Source: Vulcanimicrobiota bacterium
Lineage (GTDB): Bacteria; Vulcanimicrobiota; Vulcanimicrobiia; Vulcanimicrobiales; Vulcanimicrobiaceae
Reading direction: 5' to 3'
Length of the DNA: 64,000 nucleotides
Assembly: GCA_963714015.1 (NCBI GenBank)
Contig: OY970223.1
Location: forward strand, 3,456,001-3,520,000
This document shows positions 30,775-40,316 of the stretch, piece after piece. Each line of letters begins with the position of its first letter. Position 1 is the stretch's first letter. A program made the position numbers and the translations under genes. Below the pieces are notes generated by a model, which did not search any database, was not told the DNA's origin, and was given only the letters and a program-made list of their open reading frames with translations.

Positions 30775-33106
30775 CTACTTCACCACGACGGAGAAAGCGA
30801 TCGTCCCGAATTGGCCTGCGCCGAGCGAGAAGCCGGCACCGCCGATGGTTACTGAGAATGCTGCAGAACCGATGTTGTTGGTCGTCCAAACGTCGCCGCT
30901 GTTCCAGGTTCCGCCGCCGCCCGGCATATCGGTTGCAGCCGCGGAGAGGCCGTTCGTATTGGCCGCCCAAGTGTTGCCGATCGTCGTGCCGTCATCGGTA
31001 AGGGTGAGTTGTCCCGGCTTTGGTTGCGACGAAGGCATTCGCAGGCTCGGTGTTGCCGCTGCCGCCCGGTTACTGCGACGTTGCGATAGTCGATCGAGTA
31101 CGTGAGCGTTCCGCCCGGGCAGAGCGAACCGGCGGCGTAACCCGGAGAAGTGCCCGCGGGACATCCGGACGAAGTGACCGTTACGCTCTTCGTCAAGGCG
31201 ATGAACCCGCTATACAGCTCGTTGTGCGTCGTATTGGCTTGCGTGTTGTCATTCACCGACGTGGCGGCGATCGACGCATCGAAGCGCGAGAACGTGGCGA
31301 TGCCGGACGGCGAATTGTAGACCGCCCAGTACTGGATCGCTTGCCCCGATCCGACTGCAATGGTGGCGGTACAGGTCGCGGCAGGACTCGTACACCCCGC
31401 GTACGGGCTCGCTGCCGGGCCCGGTTCCGGAACCGTTGTCCGGGAACAGTTGCACGGTCCATCCGCCCGACGGGGCGGCTGCAACGACGGTATACGAGTC
31501 GTCTTTGTTTCCCGAGTTGTAGAGCGCGTTGGCAACGTTCGATGCCGTTGACTGCGGAGGTGTACGTATTTCCGCTCGGCGCGCCTATAACGGTGCTCGA
31601 ATTGATCGACGTGAAGCGCGATCGGCGTGAACGAGACTTGCGTGAAGTCGTCGTTGGCGTTGACTCCGACGCTGCCGTCATACGAACCGGTCGCCTGCGA
31701 GTTGGTGATCAGCGTCGACATGGTGCGTGGGCGTCGAGCTCGACGGTCCGTTGAAAACGCCGGCGGCCAAATGCGCCGTAGTTCACCGTCGTGTTGGACC
31801 AGCCGTTTCCGCCGCTGCTTCCCGATCCGGGCGGTACCACGGGCGGGTAGTTGATGCCCTGGTTGGCTGCGTAGATTGGCGCCGCGCCGCCGCTGTCGGC
31901 AGTGCCGGCCGGGATGTTGCCGCCGTCGATGTGTTCGGTGGGTTGGTTGTCGCCGAAAATCGACGTCGCGACGTTTTGATAAGCGTTCGGATTGGCGGAA
32001 CCGGAACCGGTAGGCTGCGGCATCGCGAACTGCAGCTGAATCGCGGCTTGCGCGTTGGAAACGTTTCCGGCGCTCGTGCCGGAATGCGAATTCAGGCACG
32101 CCGTTCCGGAACGTCACGCTCAAGAAGACCGCAATGTATGCCGGATTCGACGGGGCGCTTGTCGTCCATCCGCTGCTGCCGTTCGCCGACGTCGTGTAAT
32201 AGATCGTCGCGCTGACTCCGCTGGACGGGAAGCCGTTCGTGCCGGCCGTATAGGTAATGCGTCGGCGTTCCCACCAAACTCGGCGGGGTTGCACCGAACA
32301 CCGGCAGCTTGTCGACGATTGCCAAGCAGCCTTTAGTCGGGAAGCCCATCGCCGTTACGGAGTTGAGCTGCTGCGAGGAGAACGCGCCGCCGTTGTTCGC
32401 ATTGACGGTATAGGTGATGTTGTACGGCGACGATCCCGCCCTGAGAAGACGTCTTCTGCACGTCCATGCGGGCATCGCTTTGTACGGTATCATTGTAAGT
32501 GTTCGAAATCGCTGCGGACGTTACGGCGCCGGCGGAACCTGCGGCGGCGTACGCGACGGTGGCCTTCAGCTGCGTCGTGACCGTGCCGGGGACGTTTGCC
32601 GGGCTCGACGACAACGTGTACTGCACTTGAACCGTAATCGAGCTGCCGCTGGCAGTCGCGGATGCTGAAGCCAAGGCTGTATTGAGCGCCGCGACGGTCG
32701 AGTACGTCGTACTGTTGTAAACGAACTGAACGCTGCTCGTATTGCCGTTGTCGTTACCGCTGCCCTCAACGCCGTTGTCCGACGCGCCGGTCGTGAGCCC
32801 AAAATTGCCGGCCGCATTGCCGGTATTGGTAAGGGTGTAGGTGTCGGTTACGACCTGACCCGGAGCAATCGTTTGCGAGCCTGCCGAGGAGCCGTTGTTG
32901 GTCGTAACGGTGAGCGACGGGGCATTCTGGACGATCGTCGTGACCGTGTTGGACTCCGTCGTGTAGGAGTTTCCGTTCGCGTCTTTGTACGTCGCGCTCG
33001 CGGTATTTTGAATGCTGGTGTTCGGAGGCGTCTCCGAAGCGTGCGCGTATAGCGCCGGCGATGCCAGCGCCGCAAAAAACACTATCGAGAGGAGCGCGCG
33101 CTTCAC
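30775..33106 (-). CDS. Secreted beta-strand-repeat/DUF11 protein, putative major pilus subunit (many frameshifts, reconstructed by eye)
   Basis: Signal peptide, TPPNTSIQNTASATY N-terminal strand, internal DUF11 (MDVQKT..IVDKLP..YQNVAT), C-terminal domain ALTKSV..LTYSIDYRN..LTDDG..GTIAFSVVVK-stop. Confidence 0.75.
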
Positions 33107-33604
33107 TTGACGCGCACCTCGTAGCTGTAGCGAGTCGCGTGCTTGGGCGCGAGCGCGCGCTGCGCCGTCCAGCGTATGGCGACGTATTGTTCCGGCGGCG
33201 CCGGTTTCTCAACCGGTCCGCGGCTCGTGTTGACGACGATCGTCGGGTGCGTCGAAAAGCGCTTGCCGTCGAGCGAAAATTCCACGAGCGCTCCCTGCCC
33301 GAAGGCAGTTCCCCCGACGTATTCGGTGCGTTGCGGTACGGGGCCGACCGTGCTCAATGCTACCGCGGGCTTTGCCCCCGCGTTGGAAGCGACGATCGTA
33401 TAACGAACGAGGTCGCCTTTCTTGAGAACCGCCTTTTGCACCGGCGTGGCGACGGTTTTTCCGTCCGATATCGCCAGTAAGTCGCCGCTGAGCTGCAGTT
33501 TTACCGCAGGGCGCGGTGGTGCGCTTTGCGGAGCTTGCGAATACCGGTGAAGCAGCAGACAGCAAAAAAGCCGACGTCAATAAAAGCGGGCGTCCGAGAA
33601 CCAT
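33103..33604 (-). CDS. Small secreted single-domain DUF11-like protein, putative chaperone (one extra A near 33526)
   Basis: SD AAAAGGA and signal peptide. GDLVRYTIVASNAG, GPVPQRTEYV, FSLDGKRFS, YVAIRW, YEVRVK-stop. Confidence 0.8.
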
Positions 33605-33727
33605 ACACTATCCTTTTCATCCGACGGACAGCACACCCGGGCGTCGTTAACTCAATCTAGTATCGGATAGCGTTTCGTTCGACCAGAGCTCCATACGAAT
33701 ACTTTATACAAACACTTAACGCCGCCT

Positions 33728-33754
33728 AAACAAAAGAGCCCACATGGGCTCTTT
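33728..33754 (-). terminator. Intrinsic terminator downstream of nuoN
   Basis: Minus strand AAAGAGCCC-ATGT-GGGCTCTTT followed by TGTTT. Confidence 0.8.
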
Positions 33755-33781
33755 GTCTGTTTACGCTTCTTGACGTTTCCG

Positions 33782-35209
33782 CTACTTGACTAACGGCAGA
33801 ACGTTGCTCGGGGTAAACGGATAGAACGTCATCACGATAACGAAAACGAGGCAGATCCCAAGCGTAACGTAGGCCAGCGGGGCTTTCCCGTAAACGCCGG
33901 AGTGCGGCTTGGCATGCGGTTCATACATGAGTCGAATGACTTTGAAATAAGCGTAGAGCGAGATCGCCGTACCCGCTACGAGCAGCCCCGCAAGCCACGC
34001 GTAACCGGTGCCGACGTTCGTCGAGAGAATCAGGATCTTCCCGAGAAATCCGGCGGTCGGCGGAAAGCCCGCAAGCGCGAGCAAGAAAAACGTCATTGCC
34101 GCGGCAAGGAAGGGGCGACGGTGGCCGAGGCCGGTGAACGATACGATGCGCGAACCTTCTTCGTTATCGGTCGAACAAAGCGCTACGACCGCAAATGCGC
34201 CTAAATTCATGAACGTGTACGCAACGAGATAATATATCGCGTAGCGAACGCCCAGCGCACTGCTCCCGGCGAGTGCGGCGACGACGTAGCCGATCTGCGC
34301 GATGCCGGAATACGCAAGCAGACGTTTCATGTCGGTCTGCGCGAGCATGCCCAGATTACCGGCGACCATCGATATGCCGGCAACGATGAAGAACGGAATG
34401 AGCAGTCCGTGCGCCGATGCCCCCGGAACGGCATAAGCAAAACGCGCGAAGACTGCGAGCGTCCCGGCTTTCGTAACGACGCTCATGAAGGCGGTAACGG
34501 GAAGGGGCGCGCCTTCGTAGACGTCCGGCGCCCAGACGTGGAACGGAACCAAACTCAATTTGAACGCCAGCCCGATCAAAAACAAGCCGCCGCCGATCCA
34601 GAAAAGCGGATTGTAGTTCAAAGCCGGAGCGGTGAGGGCGGCCAGCGCCACGCTGCCCGTGGCGCCGAAGAGCAGCGCCATGCCGAAAAGCAAGAATCCG
34701 GAAGCGGTCGAGCTGAGAATCAAATACTTGAGCGCAGATTCCCGCGAAGCCGGACGATCGGCCAGTCCGCACAGACAGTACAGTGCTAGCGAGAGCAGCT
34801 CCAGGCCCAGGAAGATCGTCATCAAATTCGCGGCGCCGGCCATGAGCATCGCACCCGACGTGCTCCACAGCATCAGCGCGACGGCGCCGGCGACGCGATC
34901 TTCGCGCCCGATCGCACCGTAGAGGACCAGTGAAAAGATAGCCGCGATGATGATGATCTCTTCAAAGACTACCGCGAAACCGCCGAGCACGAAACCGCCG
35001 ACGAACGCGTTGTAATTTTGACCGTAACTCGTCGCGGCCCAAATGCCGGCGGCAATCAAACCGGCCACGGCAATCGAAATCGAAACGTAGCGCTTGGCGT
35101 GAGAACGCGCGATCAAATCGGCAAGCAGTACGATGAGCGCTGCCCCGCCCGCGATGAAGAGCGGCGCCACCGCGTTGAGATCGAGATTGCCGTACGGATA
35201 AGCGATCAT
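33782..35209 (-). CDS. nuoN: NADH-quinone oxidoreductase subunit N
   Basis: FLGLELLSLALY, ESALKY, FKLSLVPFHVWAPDVYEGAP, KRLLAYS. ATGA overlap with nuoM. Confidence 0.95.
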   Translation of the reverse strand: MIAYPYGNLDLNAVAPLFIAGGAALIVLLADLIARSHAKRYVSISIAVAGLIAAGIWAATSYGQNYNAFVGGFVLGGFAVVFEEIIIIAAIFSLVLYGAIGREDRVAGAVALMLWSTSGAMLMAGAANLMTIFLGLELLSLALYCLCGLADRPASRESALKYLILSSTASGFLLFGMALLFGATGSVALAALTAPALNYNPLFWIGGGLFLIGLAFKLSLVPFHVWAPDVYEGAPLPVTAFMSVVTKAGTLAVFARFAYAVPGASAHGLLIPFFIVAGISMVAGNLGMLAQTDMKRLLAYSGIAQIGYVVAALAGSSALGVRYAIYYLVAYTFMNLGAFAVVALCSTDNEEGSRIVSFTGLGHRRPFLAAAMTFFLLALAGFPPTAGFLGKILILSTNVGTGYAWLAGLLVAGTAISLYAYFKVIRLMYEPHAKPHSGVYGKAPLAYVTLGICLVFVIVMTFYPFTPSNVLPLVK

Positions 35210-36720
35210 TGTGAACGGCGCTCCGATCCCGGCTCCGCGCCCCCCACGCTGAGCCGTGGGGCCCCCAATGCCGCATGGCGCGCAACGATTCTGCCTAACG
35301 AATATCTCCCCGACGTCGCCGGTGAGATTTGCGCTATCGTCCTTGCCCGCGCAAGACTCGAGAGAACCGCGTGCGGATAGCACCCCAGGATGAGGAGTGC
35401 CGCCAGCAACGGCGCGATCGCCAGACCTTCGGTCCAAGTCAGGTCGGCACGCTGCGGAATGTCTTCGATGACCGGTCCGTTGATGACGTCTTGAAGCAGA
35501 CGCAGCATGTACGCCGAGGCCAAGATGATTGGTATTAGGGCGACGAGAGCCGGCCAGAACAAGCCGGCGCGAAAGACTCCGGTCAATATGATCAGCTCGC
35601 CGACGAATCCGGCGAGGCCCGGGAGTCCCAGAGCCGCAAGGGCGGCGATTGTAAAGGCTCCTGCCAGCCGCGGATTCCCAGCCCCCATGCCCCCGAGACG
35701 CTTGAGCGAACGAGTTCCTTCACGCTGCTCGATAAATCCTAATATAAGGAAGAGCGCCGCGCTGAACAGTCCATGCGCGACGATATACACCGCCACACCC
35801 GCCATCGCCGCCGGATCGAAGCTGAAGATACCCAAAAGAATCAACCCAAGATGCGAGAGCGAGGAGTACGCCACGACGCGCTTGGAGTCGCTCTGAACGA
35901 GCGCGATGTATGCGCCGTAGAACAGCGACGCGAGCGCGAGCGCGATGAAAACCCACCGCGACTCCCGCATGGCGCTCTGTAAGAACGGCAAGCAAATAAC
36001 CAAGAAACCGTACAAGCCGGCCTTGGACTGCACGGCGCTGACAACGCTCACCATCGGTGGAGGCGAGTCGGCGTACGTTGCCGGCATCCAAGTGTGCAGC
36101 GGAAAGACCGGAGTTTTCACGGCGAAGGCAAACGCGAAAGCCGCAAAGATCCAGGGAGCCCACGAACCCGCAAGTTGATGAGTGCTTCCGATGACGTCCG
36201 TCGTTCCGTAGAGAACGCCGAACGCGGCCGTCGCGAGCAGCAACAGCAAGCCGCCCGAAAAATTGTAAATCAGGTAGCGCCACGCGGTTTCGCGGTGTCC
36301 GCCCCAGCCCACGAGCGCAAAGAACGGCGGAAGCAGCATCAGGTCCCAGAAGAGCGCAAAAGCCAGAACGTCGCGGGCGAGAAATACGCCCATCATCGAT
36401 CCTTCCAGCATGAGCAGCAGCGCGATCATCGTCCTGGGGCGCGGCATGCTCGTTGCGAGAATTGCACAGAAAGTGCAAAGCGCAAGCAGGAGTGCGATCC
36501 AGAACGCCAGGCCGCTCCATGCGAAATGGAACGAAGCCGCGAAGGGTCGCGAGAGCCAGCGAACGGCGAAACTTCCATCCGAACCAGCGGCGAGCGGGAG
36601 CAAAAACGTAATTGCCGCAACGATGCACCCCGCGGCGCGGCAGATGCGCTTCTCGTCGCGCGGCAGGAAAAACAGCGCTGCGCCCGCGAGGATCGGCAAT
36701 ACGATGAGGACCAGCGACAT
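35206..36720 (-). CDS. nuoM: NADH-quinone oxidoreductase subunit M
   Basis: FAVKTPVFPLHTWMP, KRVVAYSSLSHLG, LGLPGLAGFVGE. Confidence 0.95.
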   Translation of the reverse strand: MSLVLIVLPILAGAALFFLPRDEKRICRAAGCIVAAITFLLPLAAGSDGSFAVRWLSRPFAASFHFAWSGLAFWIALLLALCTFCAILATSMPRPRTMIALLLMLEGSMMGVFLARDVLAFALFWDLMLLPPFFALVGWGGHRETAWRYLIYNFSGGLLLLLATAAFGVLYGTTDVIGSTHQLAGSWAPWIFAAFAFAFAVKTPVFPLHTWMPATYADSPPPMVSVVSAVQSKAGLYGFLVICLPFLQSAMRESRWVFIALALASLFYGAYIALVQSDSKRVVAYSSLSHLGLILLGIFSFDPAAMAGVAVYIVAHGLFSAALFLILGFIEQREGTRSLKRLGGMGAGNPRLAGAFTIAALAALGLPGLAGFVGELIILTGVFRAGLFWPALVALIPIILASAYMLRLLQDVINGPVIEDIPQRADLTWTEGLAIAPLLAALLILGCYPHAVLSSLARARTIAQISPATSGRYSLGRIVARHAALGAPRLSVGGAEPGSERRSQ

Positions 36721-38738
36721 CAGCGCGAACCTCCGGCAAGCGCGTAATAGACCGCAAAGCATGCAGCTCCCGCTACCACGATGAACGCGTACGCGCGCAG
36801 AAGTCCGGTTTGAAAGCTGCGGACCAGCGCCGAGAGGAAACGATTGGTGATCACGACTTCGCGCACGGCGCCGTCGACGAGATGCGGATCGAACCAATCG
36901 CCGAACCAACGTCCAACGGCCTGCGCCGGCCGGACGAACAGCACCCCGAGCAAATCGTCGAAGTAGTAAAGCCGAACCAGTATGCGAGGCAGGGTCTGGG
37001 TTTCGCGACGCAGCCGTGCAGGCGCGTCTCGGAGCGCTTCGGGCGTCATGTAACGCGCGAAAGCAACGCCTAACCCAATGAGGAGCATGACGATCGCGAT
37101 GGCGGTCGTCATGGCTTCGCTGGGCGCCATGTGCGGCAACGGTTCATTCGGAAAGGAGCGGGCGAAGAATTGCGCCCAAGGCGAGCTCGGACCGATCATA
37201 ATGTAGCCCGCCGCGAACGAGAAGAACCCCAAGATTGCAACGGGCAGGGCCATGATCCAGGCCGGCGCGTGCGCATCATCTCGGTGCTCGGGTCCGCCCG
37301 CGGCGTGCGGATCGACTCTGTGCTGCTTCGCGGCGCCGCTCGAACTCATGGCGCCCGGCGTGGCTGTTCCGGACGTAATCCCCAAGTCCGCAGGATTCAT
37401 CTCGCCGCGGTACGTTCCGTAGAACGTGACGAAGAACAGGCGGAACATGTAATACGCGGTGATGCCGGCCGTGATCAGGCCGACGGCCCACATCCACGTG
37501 TACCCGTGTTCGAGCGCGCCGTAGATGACTTGATCCTTGCTGAAGTAGCCGGCAAATCCGGGGAAACCGCTGATTGCCAGCACTGCCGCAAACATCGCCC
37601 AAAACGCAACGGGCGTGCGCTTGCGCATACCGCCCATGAGCCGGATGTCTTGCTCGTCGGCCAGCTCGTGAATGATGATGCCCGATCCGAGGAACAAGCA
37701 CGCTTTGAAGAACGCGTGCGTAAAGAAATGCGCGACGCCGGCGGTGTATGCGCCTACGCCGACGCCCATGATCATATAGCCGATCTGCGACATCGTCGAA
37801 TAGGCCAGAATCCGTTTGATGTCCCATTGCGCGGTGCCGAGAAGCGCGCCGGCGAGCGCGGTCAAGGCGCCGACCGCTCCGGCGAGCGTCTGCGCGTCGT
37901 GCGAGGCGCTCCAGAGCGGAGCGCAGCGGGCAATCAAATACACGCCGGCCGTAACCATAGTAGCCGCGTGAATCAACGCGGAAACGGGGGTCGGACCTTC
38001 CATCGCATCGGGAAGCCACGTATGGAGCGGAAGCTGCGCCGACTTGGCGGCCGCGCCGACGAAGAGGAACGCGCACGTCCAGAACAACCACGGATCCAGC
38101 GCGTGCGGATTGGCAAAAACGTCCGCGAACGAAATCGATCCGACGCGCGCGACGATGATGAAGATCGCGAACATAATGCCGACGTCGCCGACCACGTTGA
38201 TGACGAACGCCTTTCGCGCCGCCGCGACGGCCGAGGGCTTGAAGAACCAGAAGCCGATCAGAAAATACGAAGCAAGTCCAACCAGACCCCAGCCGACGAG
38301 CAGTCCGACGAAGTTGTCGGAGAGGACCAGCGTGAGCATCGCGAAGACGAAGAAATTCATGTACGCGAAGAAGCGCGCAATCGCGCTGTCGGACCACATG
38401 TAGCCGATCGAGTACGCATGGATCAAAAACCCGACGCCCGTGATGATCAGCGCCCAGATCAGCGAGAGCGGATCGAACAGCAGCCCGAAGTTGAATCCGG
38501 GCATCCAAGTGAAGAGTTGTTGATGCGCGCCAAGCTGCGAGTCGCTGCTCTGCACGGCGCTTCCCCATGCAGCCAGCGTCGCGATAAAGGACGCGCCGAG
38601 CACGGCGGTTCCGAGCCAAGCGCTCCCGCGCTTGAGCTGCGGCCCAAAGGCCCAATTTGCGATCGCTCCGGCAAGCGGCAACAGCCAGATGATGAACAGC
38701 ACCGGATACGTACCGTCGATTCCCATCTGATGAGTCAT
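36720..38738 (-). CDS. nuoL: NADH-quinone oxidoreductase subunit L
   Basis: KSAQLPLHTWLPDAMEGPTPVSALIHAATMVTAG, DIKRILAYSTMSQIGY. Confidence 0.96.
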   Translation of the reverse strand: MTHQMGIDGTYPVLFIIWLLPLAGAIANWAFGPQLKRGSAWLGTAVLGASFIATLAAWGSAVQSSDSQLGAHQQLFTWMPGFNFGLLFDPLSLIWALIITGVGFLIHAYSIGYMWSDSAIARFFAYMNFFVFAMLTLVLSDNFVGLLVGWGLVGLASYFLIGFWFFKPSAVAAARKAFVINVVGDVGIMFAIFIIVARVGSISFADVFANPHALDPWLFWTCAFLFVGAAAKSAQLPLHTWLPDAMEGPTPVSALIHAATMVTAGVYLIARCAPLWSASHDAQTLAGAVGALTALAGALLGTAQWDIKRILAYSTMSQIGYMIMGVGVGAYTAGVAHFFTHAFFKACLFLGSGIIIHELADEQDIRLMGGMRKRTPVAFWAMFAAVLAISGFPGFAGYFSKDQVIYGALEHGYTWMWAVGLITAGITAYYMFRLFFVTFYGTYRGEMNPADLGITSGTATPGAMSSSGAAKQHRVDPHAAGGPEHRDDAHAPAWIMALPVAILGFFSFAAGYIMIGPSSPWAQFFARSFPNEPLPHMAPSEAMTTAIAIVMLLIGLGVAFARYMTPEALRDAPARLRRETQTLPRILVRLYYFDDLLGVLFVRPAQAVGRWFGDWFDPHLVDGAVREVVITNRFLSALVRSFQTGLLRAYAFIVVAGAACFAVYYALAGGSR

Positions 38739-38775
38739 CCCGTCTCACCCATTCGTTCATACCGTGGCAAGGCTT

Positions 38776-39096
38776 TCATCCTTTCAACAATGCCACTTCA
38801 TCAACATCGACATTGACGCGGTTGCGGAACACGACGACGACGATGGCAAGACCGATAGCGGCCTCCGCGGCGGCGACAGTGATCACGAGGAAAGCAAAAA
38901 TGTGGCCGGCGTTGTTCAGCCACGCGCGCGCGAACGCGAGGAAGAGCAGGTTTGCGGCATTCCACATCAGCTCGATGCTCATCAGCATGATGAGCGGATT
39001 CCGTTTGAGCAGTACGCCGGCAACGCCGATTGCGAAAATCACAAAGGAAAGGCTGATGTAGTTTAGGAGCGGCACGGGAAGCAAGGATGCATGCAT
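38776..39096 (-). CDS. nuoK: NADH-quinone oxidoreductase subunit K
   Basis: MLMSIELMWNAANL, VAAAEAAIGLAI. Confidence 0.96.
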   Translation of the reverse strand: MHASLLPVPLLNYISLSFVIFAIGVAGVLLKRNPLIMLMSIELMWNAANLLFLAFARAWLNNAGHIFAFLVITVAAAEAAIGLAIVVVVFRNRVNVDVDEVALLKG

Positions 39097-39099
39097 GCG

Positions 39100-39705
39100 C
39101 TACTCCTCGCCGGCCCGGAGGATTGCCTCGCGCATGTCTTGCTCGACGATTCGCGCTCGCTTTCTGGTCGGAACGTACGGCGTCGCGTCTCCGGCGAGCA
39201 GGATGACGCCGATGACGGCGACCATCAGGATGAAAGCGGTGATCTCGAATGGGAGCAAATTGGTCGTGAACAGCGCGCGGCCGAAATCGGCGACCGAACC
39301 GAAGACGTTCGCCGCACCTACGGGTCCCGCCAAAGACGCCGGCGCTGCCGCAGCCGGAACCGGTACGGGCATTCGCGCCGCGGCGTAGACCAGAAACGCC
39401 AAAATCACGGCTACGCAAAGTGCGGCGGGGATTGCAATCTTCGGCAGACGGTCGGGCCCTTGGGTGAGCGGCGCCACGCCGCTCGAGAGCAGCGCGATGA
39501 CGAACAAGAACAGCATCAAAATCGCGCCGCTGTACACGATGATTTGGATGACGGCCAAAAACTCCGCCGCAAGCGAAAAATACATGATCGCGAGCGCCGC
39601 AAAATTGATCAGCAGCCCTACGACGCTGTAAATCGGCTTTGGCGCCGTCACAACGAAAACAGCACTGAGGATCAGAATCAGGGCCAGAATTGCGAAAAGG
39701 ATCAT
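39100..39705 (-). CDS. nuoJ: NADH-quinone oxidoreductase subunit J
   Basis: [29 protein letters not shown]. Confidence 0.95.
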   Translation of the reverse strand: MILFAILALILILSAVFVVTAPKPIYSVVGLLINFAALAIMYFSLAAEFLAVIQIIVYSGAILMLFLFVIALLSSGVAPLTQGPDRLPKIAIPAALCVAVILAFLVYAAARMPVPVPAAAAPASLAGPVGAANVFGSVADFGRALFTTNLLPFEITAFILMVAVIGVILLAGDATPYVPTRKRARIVEQDMREAILRAGEE

Positions 39706-40310
39706 TCTGCGAGGCCCTTGTTTTCCGTCTTCAGCACTTGGCCGCGCCACGTAGCGTCGTAGCCGGACTGCCACTCGGCCGTCGATTTGATTTCAGCGAC
39801 TCGTCCCAAGTCCGAAGGAATGCCGTTGGGGCGGTCGTCGGGTGCCGCGCCGACGCCCGCATCCGGCGGAACCAAGAGACGCTCCTTTGCGTAGATCAAC
39901 GATCCCCGGCGCAGATCCGACATCTCGAAGCGCGGCGTGAGCACGATGGCGTCGGTCGGACACGCCTCTTCGCACATTCCGCAAAAGATGCAGCGCAGCT
40001 CGTCGATCTCGTAGCGCTGCGCGTGGCGCTCGCCCGGTGAAATTCGCAGTTCGGGCGTGTTTTCGGCACCGATGACCGTGATGGCGTTCGCGGGACAGAC
40101 GCTCGAACAAAGTTCGCAGCCGATGCACCGCTCTTTACCGTCCGCATAGCGGCGCAGTTCGTGCAATCCGTGGAACCGCGGCGCGTGCTTCTTCTTCTCC
40201 GACGGATATTGGATCGTCGGCTTCTTATGGAACATGTACTTGAAGGTTACGCTCAGCCCCGCGATGAGCGCGCCGACATTGTAAAGTTTCTTGCGAGAGG
40301 TTTTCGCCAT
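39702..40310 (-). CDS. nuoI: NADH-quinone oxidoreductase subunit I
   Basis: [12 protein letters not shown] and [12 protein letters not shown]. Confidence 0.96.
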   Translation of the reverse strand: MAKTSRKKLYNVGALIAGLSVTFKYMFHKKPTIQYPSEKKKHAPRFHGLHELRRYADGKERCIGCELCSSVCPANAITVIGAENTPELRISPGERHAQRYEIDELRCIFCGMCEEACPTDAIVLTPRFEMSDLRRGSLIYAKERLLVPPDAGVGAAPDDRPNGIPSDLGRVAEIKSTAEWQSGYDATWRGQVLKTENKGLAE

Positions 40311-40316
40311 CGCGTC

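Noticed and set aside
33605..33727. c-di-GMP riboswitch or sigma28 promoter upstream of the DUF11 operon
   Set aside because: No recognisable aptamer core. TCCGATAC lacks a matching -35 at 15 nt.
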